DNA of 36,933 bases from assembly GCA_946630405.1 (NCBI GenBank), contig CAMOYW010000001.1, forward strand, positions 1 to 36,933, given 5' to 3'. The translations under genes and the position numbers were made by a program. Positions 32,156-36,933 of this stretch are shown here, piece after piece. Positions within the stretch are counted from its first letter, which is position 1. Each line of letters begins with the position of its first letter. The notes beneath the pieces are model-generated. The model saw only the letters and a list, made by a program, of their open reading frames with translations. It was not told the origin of the DNA and did no database searches. The DNA is from an uncultured Clostridia bacterium. GTDB taxonomy: Bacteria > Bacillota > Clostridia > Lachnospirales > CAG-274.

Positions 32156-32320
32156 TCATGTAGTATAATTCCATACCATTATATTATACTCAATTATAAA
32201 CGGCTTTAATTGATTGTAGATTGCCTTGTATGCTCTTTGCTTTAGTGAATGAATATAAATATATACCCGTATAGCTAACAAGGCAATACGGGCTAAATTT
32301 GAGGGGTTTGTTATTCCGGT

Positions 32321-32338
32321 GTTATTACCTGGAATTAT
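32321..32338 (+). repeat. 18-bp direct repeat GTTATTACCTGGAATTAT (left copy)
   Basis: An exact match to 35529-35546. Degenerate copies of CCTG(G)AAT(T)A lie at 32351-32359 and 35490-35498. Confidence 0.85.
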
Positions 32339-32373
32339 GTTATTGTCGATCCTGAATTATAGCAGCAATAATA

Positions 32374-32397
32374 ACACCCGCCTATTATAGCGGGTGT
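32374..32397. terminator. Hairpin ACACCCGC-N8-GCGGGTGT at the end of the cassette operon
   Basis: An 8-bp perfect stem 6 nt downstream of the 23-aa ORF stop. On the minus strand it is followed by TATTATTG. Confidence 0.5.
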
Positions 32398-32402
32398 ATA
32401 TA

Positions 32403-32474
32403 TCATTTTGACTTTTTAACAATATCTGAAATTATCCAAAAGGGAAACAATAGCAGTAATAACAATTCAATCAT
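32403..32474 (-). CDS. 23-aa hydrophobic peptide (below the ORF-track cutoff)
   Basis: Hand translation gives MIELLLLLLFPFWIISDIVKKSK. AGGAGG lies 7 nt upstream, and it overlaps the upstream ORF by 8 nt. Confidence 0.4.
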   Translation of the reverse strand: MIELLLLLLFPFWIISDIVKKSK

Positions 32475-32601
32475 GTTTTGCTCCTCCTACCTGGTATAAT
32501 TCACCGTTGATTATTACTTCTACATTATAGCCGGCGGTGATAGCATCTTCTATTACTCGCGTGATTTCTTCGACGGTGTAAACCTTGTTATTATATATCA
32601 T
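32467..32601 (-). CDS. 44-aa protein (below the ORF-track cutoff)
   Basis: Hand translation gives MIYNNKVYTVEEITRVIEDAITAGYNVEVIINGELYQVGGAKHD. Its ATG overlaps the clamp-like gene's TGA (ATGA). Confidence 0.45.
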   Translation of the reverse strand: MIYNNKVYTVEEITRVIEDAITAGYNVEVIINGELYQVGGAKHD

Positions 32602-34010
32602 GCGGTAATACCTCCATTTTGAATTGTATACACGGCGGCTATCAACTCGACACCTGAATTATAAATGTGCCCGCGTGCTTTTTGCATCTGATTTATCATA
32701 TCTTTGTGCTCGCGTGCGTATGCTTCCGAGTAATCAACGGCGGCGGGTGTCGGTGTATAATTGCGCTTTTTAAGTGCTACTATCATGCACGCGGTTTTGT
32801 ATACTGCATTATATATCGCTTCAGGGATAGCAGGCGCGGCGGGTGTATTGCCGGCGGTATCTTCTACCGCTTCAGGCGTGCTCGTATCGGGTGCAGTGTC
32901 CGGTGTAGGATCTTCAGCAGCAACGGGCGCGGGTGCTTCCGTGATGTTATCGGGCGCGGTATCTTCTACCGGTGCGGGTGCGTCCTGGATTACTTCAGCA
33001 GGTGCGGCGGGCTTTACCTTGTTAATAATATCTTCTACCTCGTACGGAGTAAACCTAATAGGCAATACAAGCGAATTATAGCCGGTGGCGGTGCTATCTG
33101 TAAAAATGATAGGAGCGGCCGTTTTATTATCTTCAAAATTGATTGTATCAGCGCCGCCTTTTAAGGCCGTGTATACATATTCCGGATTTAGTGCAACGGT
33201 AAAAATATACTCGTTATCGTTACCGGTGATGTTAAACTCTTTGTAACCGCCTACCGTGCTACTATCGAAGGCAACGATTAAACGATTGCCGGATAGCTTA
33301 AACAGGAGCGGCGCGGGCCTATATTTGTTATCAGGATCTTTAAGGCCGCGCATAGCATCAACGAATGATAGCAGCTCCTTGTTATCGAATGTTATACCGC
33401 GGCGGGTGCTATTAGTATTATAAATTGCTTCAAGGTTTATAAAATTGCCCGCGAGTAATCGCGCATAAAATACCGCGCCGGTGTCCGATGTGATACGGGC
33501 GTACTTTTCACCCGCTTCGATTGTTACGGCCTTTTTAAGCCCTCCAAACGCAAGCACGGCCGCCGGTATATTTATACTAACATCGCGCGCGGTGTCGATC
33601 TGGTAACGAGTAGCGCGAAAACCGTCGCACGCTTCAATATAACCGCCGCCAATATGTAAACCGGTTAAAATAGGGCGGGTGGTGTCTTTGCTCGCATAGT
33701 TTGCAATATGCTTTAGGATAGATACATCAACAGTACAAACGGGCGCGAACTCGTCAACGGGTAAATCATAGCAATCTGTATTAGTGGCAATCTCACCGCC
33801 GGCAAAAATGCCTGATTTACTTGTATAATCCAAGGCGGCGGGGGTGTATGTTTTGCCGGTATCCTGTAAAGCTGCTTCTACTTCAGCGGTGAAAAGTATT
33901 GATGCGTCGTCATTAAATGCGACTATAGCACCGGCGGGCGTAATGTATGCCGGTATCATGCTCTTCTTTGTGATCTTCTTAGCGATCTTTGCAACTTCTG
34001 TATTTTTCAT
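32598..34010 (-). CDS. DnaN-like sliding-clamp homologue with Pro/Ala/Thr-rich linker and extra C-terminal helical domain
   Basis: 470 aa. Clamp-like landmarks appear in the correct order and spacing: TTRPILTGLHI...ACDGFRAT (cf. ATDGHRLA), LLAGNFINLEAIY (cf. GxFPDY), ALNPEYVYTALKG (cf. FNxxYLxDxL) and SLVLPIRF (cf. VVMPMRL). Then comes PAAPAEVIQDAPAPVEDTAPD... and a ~70-aa tail. Confidence 0.6.
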   Translation of the reverse strand: MKNTEVAKIAKKITKKSMIPAYITPAGAIVAFNDDASILFTAEVEAALQDTGKTYTPAALDYTSKSGIFAGGEIATNTDCYDLPVDEFAPVCTVDVSILKHIANYASKDTTRPILTGLHIGGGYIEACDGFRATRYQIDTARDVSINIPAAVLAFGGLKKAVTIEAGEKYARITSDTGAVFYARLLAGNFINLEAIYNTNSTRRGITFDNKELLSFVDAMRGLKDPDNKYRPAPLLFKLSGNRLIVAFDSSTVGGYKEFNITGNDNEYIFTVALNPEYVYTALKGGADTINFEDNKTAAPIIFTDSTATGYNSLVLPIRFTPYEVEDIINKVKPAAPAEVIQDAPAPVEDTAPDNITEAPAPVAAEDPTPDTAPDTSTPEAVEDTAGNTPAAPAIPEAIYNAVYKTACMIVALKKRNYTPTPAAVDYSEAYAREHKDMINQMQKARGHIYNSGVELIAAVYTIQNGGITA

Positions 34011-34013
34011 GGT

Positions 34014-34184
34014 TTAAGCCTCCTTATTAATAATGTTTTCGAGTGTTTCCAGAATCTTCTTAAAATCCTCTGTTATAAAATGCGGGTATTTTTGCGCTAT
34101 TTCTTCAACGGTGTGATGCGAGTAATAGCATAAAGTATCTTCTATTGTTTCCAATTCTTCAGGGGTTATAGTGTATTTTTTCAT
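34014..34184 (-). CDS. 56-aa acidic protein (below the ORF-track cutoff)
   Basis: Hand translation gives MKKYTITPEELETIEDTLCYYSHHTVEEIAQKYPHFITEDFKKILETLENIINKEA. AGGAGG lies upstream, and its stop is 3 nt before the clamp-like ATG. Confidence 0.5.
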   Translation of the reverse strand: MKKYTITPEELETIEDTLCYYSHHTVEEIAQKYPHFITEDFKKILETLENIINKEA

Positions 34185-34202
34185 TGTCGAATACCTCCTA
34201 TT

Positions 34203-34859
34203 TTATCCGGTAATTTTTCCGGTTACTAAATCGACTTCGCAGGAATTACCAACGGCAAAATGTCCGTTATTATCGCGGGCGTACTTTGTAACCCTTACTA
34301 TTTTGTGATCCTCATTCCAGGTATCACCAACTTCATAGAAGCAATCACCGTAATTTAAGGCGGTAACATTTCCAACTATATCGCGCTCGCGGTAGCCGCC
34401 TTCCTTTTGAATGATATTTAATGCTGCTTCTTTTACTAATACAACGCCGGTATACTTTGCGCCGATCTTATAACGGTTTACCACCGTTAAAATATTTTCG
34501 CGGGTGTATTCCAGGTGCATATTATAAAATTCACGCTCAAAGGTAGAATTTCTATAACTTGATGTTATCGGCGTGCCGTCCTTGCAATATGAATGTATAA
34601 CATCATACTGTGTATCAAGATACATACCATTTTCTAAATCTACAGTATAAATGGGCTTTTTGAGCGGTGCGCCGGTGCGCTTGTTTTCCGTTCTATAATG
34701 CCAATGTCTACCCTGTAAAAACTCGAAAAACATATTGTATGTTTTGCCGTCATACATAATATCTATGTTTTCGAGTACGCGCACACGGTGATTTTTAATA
34801 TCCGTGCTGATATTAGCATCTTTACAACCCATTTCTAATAAATACAAATTGTTTTTCAT
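34203..34859 (-). CDS. Hypothetical protein (218 aa), first gene of the cassette operon
   Basis: An ORF with AAAGGAGG upstream. No family recognised by eye. Confidence 0.65.
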   Translation of the reverse strand: MKNNLYLLEMGCKDANISTDIKNHRVRVLENIDIMYDGKTYNMFFEFLQGRHWHYRTENKRTGAPLKKPIYTVDLENGMYLDTQYDVIHSYCKDGTPITSSYRNSTFEREFYNMHLEYTRENILTVVNRYKIGAKYTGVVLVKEAALNIIQKEGGYRERDIVGNVTALNYGDCFYEVGDTWNEDHKIVRVTKYARDNNGHFAVGNSCEVDLVTGKITG

Positions 34860-34913
34860 TTTGTTTACCTCCTTTTATTATGCCGTTATCGGCGGGTTGT
34901 TTTACTTGCCTTA

Positions 34914-34942
34914 ATTGTACTTTGTATGGTACGCAATTACAA
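34914..34942 (-). promoter_or_regulatory. Promoter TTGTAA-17-TACAAT for the cassette operon
   Basis: The minus strand reads TTGTAA (34942-34937), a 17-nt spacer, then TACAAT (34919-34914). The -35 lies inside the repeated motif TGGTACGCAATTACA. Confidence 0.5.
34927..34941. repeat. 15-nt motif TGGTACGCAATTACA (copy 1)
   Basis: Repeated exactly at 34999-35013. A 12/15 copy, TGGTATACAATTACG, lies at 35841-35855. Confidence 0.7.
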
Positions 34943-34976
34943 CTATACATAATAACTAATTCCGTACCTTCTAAAT

Positions 34977-34991
34977 TATGCAATTTGCATA
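34977..34991. promoter_or_regulatory. Perfect 7-1-7 palindrome TATGCAA-T-TTGCATA
   Basis: Located in the divergent intergenic region between the 218-aa and 129-aa genes. Confidence 0.5.
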
Positions 34992-34998
34992 CTTTTAG

Positions 34999-35013
34999 TG
35001 GTACGCAATTACA
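34999..35013. repeat. 15-nt motif TGGTACGCAATTACA (copy 2)
   Basis: An exact repeat, 72 nt from copy 1 and just upstream of TATATAAT (35014-35021). Confidence 0.7.
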
Positions 35014-35066
35014 TATATAATAAAAGCAGGTTATAAACCAATAATTAAATTTTGGAGGTATTAGAT

Positions 35067-35441
35067 ATGAAAAATTTTTCAAACCTTGAATTAAAGGCAA
35101 TCTATGACGGTTTAAACAACGGCTTGGAGTATAGCCTTGTTACAATGGAGCACGGCGGTTATATACACGGCCGTATTTATAAATCCGGTGATTATATTCA
35201 TTATCAGGTTCACGGAAGCAGCACAATTAGTAACACCGTTGAAGATCTGAAATGGTTATTAACGGTATTATTCAAGGGCTTTGATGATGTAACGCCGTCG
35301 GTATACTCTTATGAGATATTCAATTCTGTAGATTTAACCGGCCGGTATCATTCTATTGATGTTAGCCGTTATCATGACGAAATACCCGAAACGATATATA
35401 ACGGTGAATTCTATTATAAGATAGCAAACGGTAAAGCATAA
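35067..35441 (+). CDS. Hypothetical protein (124 aa from the ATG)
   Basis: GGAGG lies 8 nt upstream of the ATG at 35067; the track start at 35052 is a TTG. A strong terminator follows. No family recognised. Confidence 0.65.
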   Translation: MKNFSNLELKAIYDGLNNGLEYSLVTMEHGGYIHGRIYKSGDYIHYQVHGSSTISNTVEDLKWLLTVLFKGFDDVTPSVYSYEIFNSVDLTGRYHSIDVSRYHDEIPETIYNGEFYYKIANGKA

Positions 35442-35461
35442 CACATAAACGCACCAATAAC

Positions 35462-35486
35462 GCCCGCCCGCCGGCGGGCTTTTTTA
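35462..35486 (+). terminator. Rho-independent terminator GCCCGCC-cgcc-GGCGGGC-TTTTTT
   Basis: A perfect 7-bp GC stem with a T6 run, 21 nt after the stop at 35441. Confidence 0.8.
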
Positions 35487-35528
35487 TTGCCTGGAATACA
35501 TCACGCGCCGCCGCTCGTAGCAGGGGCG

Positions 35529-35546
35529 GTTATTACCTGGAATTAT
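35529..35546 (+). repeat. 18-bp direct repeat GTTATTACCTGGAATTAT (right copy)
   Basis: An exact match to 32321-32338. Confidence 0.85.
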
Positions 35547-35750
35547 CAGCAACGGCCGCCGGTGATATAATGTCGATATTATGCGAGTATTGCCGGCTCG
35601 CGATCCCGTGGAGCTGCTACCACCCGCCCCAATTTGTTATACTTTTGTAATATTATCAAAGCGTAACACCGCCCACCGAAGATCTCATTTTTACATATTT
35701 GTAAATTCCATTTTCCATTCCACCCGCCCGCTCGCCTGCGTGTGCGTGCA

Positions 35751-35796
35751 AAAGTCGAAAGTCGAAAGTCGAAAGTCGAAAGTCGAAAGTCGAAAA
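35751..35796 (+). repeat. Tandem heptamer (AAAGTCG)x6 + AAAA
   Basis: GTCG starts at 35754, 61, 68, 75, 82 and 89. Dispersed copies are AAAGTCGAAAGTCGAAGG at 36141-36158, AAAGTCGAAGG at 36538-36548 and AAAGTCG at 36593-36599. Confidence 0.9.
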
Positions 35797-35822
35797 TGCG
35801 TTCCACAAATTGTACTTTAATA

Positions 35823-35851
35823 TTGAGTTCGGACTTCTTGTGGTATACAAT
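35823..35851 (+). promoter_or_regulatory. Promoter TTGAGT-17-TACAAT for the HTH operon
   Basis: TTGAGT (35823-35828), a 17-nt spacer, then TACAAT (35846-35851). The -10 lies inside the TGGTATACAATTACG motif. GGAGG at 35861-35865 precedes the ATG at 35875. Confidence 0.5.
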
Positions 35852-35874
35852 TACGCTAATGGAGGTACAATACT

Positions 35875-36177
35875 ATGTCAGATCGAATTGTAGAAGTCGG
35901 AAACTATGTAACGCTTGAAGAATATGCAAAGCGTCATGGCATCACCGTCGGAGCGGTAAGACAGAAGATTAAGCGTGGCTATCTTCCGTGTAAGCGATTA
36001 GGCACGGGTAGGCGGTGCATGATCCTGATACGAGCTAACGAGCCGTGGGAAGCACACAAGCCAGGTGTGAAGAAGGGAAGCAAAGTCGCACATCGTCGTA
36101 CGAAGGCTGAAATGGAAGAATACCGTAAGCAGCAGGCCGAAAAGTCGAAAGTCGAAGGTGGTGAAAATGACGCTTAA
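35875..36177 (+). CDS. Excisionase/MerR-type (HTH_17-like) DNA-binding protein with basic tail
   Basis: 100 aa. VTLEEYAKRHGITVGAVRQKIKRGYLPCKRLGTGRRCMILI fits the Xis/AlpA-type winged-helix pattern. Confidence 0.6.
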   Translation: MSDRIVEVGNYVTLEEYAKRHGITVGAVRQKIKRGYLPCKRLGTGRRCMILIRANEPWEAHKPGVKKGSKVAHRRTKAEMEEYRKQQAEKSKVEGGENDA

Positions 36178-36385
36178 AGAATTCTTATATTGTGCTACAA
36201 GCACCGTTCAGATAGTCGAAGGGCCTGACGAAAACTACGCAACTGTTTTAATAGTTCCGTCGGAAGGGATTGACGAATGGAATGACAATATAGCACCCGA
36301 ATTCTTGAATCGTAAGGTGTGCTTGTTTAGTGCAAAAGCTGAAGATGTTATAAAAGTTTATCTTGAAAAGGAAGGTGCGGTATGA
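36167..36385 (+). CDS. Hypothetical protein (72 aa)
   Basis: The ATG at 36167 has GAAGGTGG upstream and overlaps the upstream gene by 11 nt. The track start at 36158 is a GTG. Confidence 0.55.
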   Translation: MTLKEFLYCATSTVQIVEGPDENYATVLIVPSEGIDEWNDNIAPEFLNRKVCLFSAKAEDVIKVYLEKEGAV

Positions 36386-36552
36386 CACAAACTACCTGGA
36401 TTGCCGATACTTGCCCGAAGTGCGGTGTGAGCAAATATAACTTCTTCACGGTGATTAAAGGTGCTAACGGTGAACGCACCAAGCCGTTAGGAACATGGAA
36501 TTATTGTCCGGCGTGTGGTGCTGATTTACGGGGTAAGAAAGTCGAAGGATAG
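36382..36552 (+). CDS. 56-aa zinc-ribbon protein (below the ORF-track cutoff)
   Basis: Hand translation gives MTQTTWIADTCPKCGVSKYNFFTVIKGANGERTKPLGTWNYCPACGADLRGKKVEG. It has CPKC...CPAC, and its start forms an ATGA overlap with the upstream gene. Confidence 0.5.
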   Translation: MTQTTWIADTCPKCGVSKYNFFTVIKGANGERTKPLGTWNYCPACGADLRGKKVEG

Positions 36553-36559
36553 AATGATT

Positions 36560-36583
36560 AAAGGGTGATGTTACTCACCCTTT
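36560..36583. terminator. Bidirectional hairpin AAAGGGTGA-N6-TCACCCTTT between convergent operons
   Basis: A 9-bp stem with A/T-rich flanks on both sides. It lies between the plus-strand stop (36552) and the end of the minus-strand gene at 36571. Confidence 0.6.
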
Positions 36584-36744
36584 ATCTTTGCCAAAGTCGC
36601 ACCTTCAATATGTATCTCTACTTCTCTGCCGTCAGGCTTCCTGCACTTACCCTCGTACTTCCAAATACGAGTACGCTTATCCCATGTACCCTTCAGATGC
36701 ACGATGCTTAATTCTTCTCGTTTGAGATAGTCGTGAATGTTCAT
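36571..36744 (-). CDS. 57-aa protein (below the ORF-track cutoff)
   Basis: Hand translation gives MNIHDYLKREELSIVHLKGTWDKRTRIWKYEGKCRKPDGREVEIHIEGATLAKIKGE. Its ATG overlaps the upstream TGA (ATGA). Confidence 0.45.
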   Translation of the reverse strand: MNIHDYLKREELSIVHLKGTWDKRTRIWKYEGKCRKPDGREVEIHIEGATLAKIKGE

Positions 36745-36926
36745 GTCTGTTCACCTTCCGCATTATCAGGTGTGATAAACTCGTTGATGTTGTACCTAAT
36801 TTCGCTAACCTCACCCCTTGCTATCTTGATCGTGATAGTCGCATAGTCGATATAATCTGTATTATCCAAAACGCTCTTTAGCTTGTTTACGATAGCATCT
36901 TTACTATGATTTGCATTTATACTCAT
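36741..36926 (-). CDS. Hypothetical protein (61 aa)
   Basis: A track ORF whose start is 7 nt from the right window edge. It would follow the methyltransferase if the sequence is circular. Confidence 0.55.
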   Translation of the reverse strand: MSINANHSKDAIVNKLKSVLDNTDYIDYATITIKIARGEVSEIRYNINEFITPDNAEGEQT

Positions 36927-36933
36927 TCTTCTT

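Larger units (their letters stand above)
31257..32320. other. ORF-free, repeat- and hairpin-dense region (~1.1 kb): candidate structured RNA locus and/or origin
   Basis: There is no credible ORF on either strand; the only track ORF (31551-31832) lacks an SD and is low-complexity. The background is AT-rich with one GC-rich island. It holds many perfect stems and iterated motifs, listed separately. Confidence 0.6.

Noticed and set aside
31257-32320. Hidden gene readable with an alternative genetic code (TAG or TGA reassignment)
   Set aside because: The region is dense in TAA as well as TAG and TGA in all six frames. Suppressing one stop codon type would not open a long frame.
31851-32399. CRISPR array or solitary CRISPR repeat (CGGGTGTAT x3 and other reiterations)
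   Set aside because: The repeats are only 9-13 nt, irregularly spaced (110 and 430 nt) and of several unrelated kinds. There are no cas genes and no repeat-spacer periodicity.
32667-33164. Plus-strand ORFs 32667-33164 and 32761-33081
   Set aside because: They are antisense to the clamp-like gene. The open frames arise from the GC-rich Pro/Ala linker (Gly/Ala/Arg-rich mirror translation).
34822-35100. Minus-strand 92-aa ORF across the divergent promoter region
   Set aside because: It overlaps the starts of both flanking genes and the repeated promoter/operator words, and it has no SD.
35579-35850. ORFs 35579-35806(-), 35581-35820(+) and 35656-35850(-)
   Set aside because: Their frames are kept open by the heptamer tandem repeat (KSKVESR / FDFRLST periodic translations). 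They overlap one another and lack SDs.

Overview
The window reads as a near-complete, possibly complete and circularly permuted, ~37 kb temperate siphovirus-type phage genome. The host looks Gram-positive (Firmicutes/Clostridia-like): strong GGAGG ribosome-binding sites, a CHAP plus PG_binding_1 endolysin, and SPP1/TP901-like morphogenesis genes. It is in the non-integrated (attP) arrangement, with no bacterial housekeeping genes. Almost everything is on the minus strand.

Modules, read along the minus strand:
- Three small HTH-like genes (31192-30186).
- terS, terL, portal, head, neck, tail, tape measure and tail tip/fibre genes (30075-13800).
- An AT-rich regulated mini-module (13800-13176) followed by the lysis genes (13175-11790).
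- attP with a tRNA 3' fragment (11394-11789).
- int and a cI-like repressor on the plus strand (11393-9962).
- A divergent cro-like gene and the early genes (9812-1): Lar-like protein, 3D-domain lipoprotein, RecU-like resolvase, SF2 helicase, a PolB-like/ERF fusion, YqaJ-like exonuclease, SSB-like protein, prim-pol and an N6-adenine methyltransferase.

The right third is the unusual part:
- A ~1.1 kb ORF-free, repeat- and hairpin-dense region (31257-32320).
- A compositionally distinct ~3.2 kb cassette bounded by exact 18-bp direct repeats (32321-35546). It carries a tightly coupled five-gene operon (218 aa, 56 aa, DnaN-like clamp with a long extension, 44 aa, 23-aa hydrophobic peptide) and a divergent 129-aa gene.
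- A six-copy heptamer tract upstream of an excisionase-like HTH operon (35751-36552).

All functional calls come from motif recognition by eye. No database search was run.
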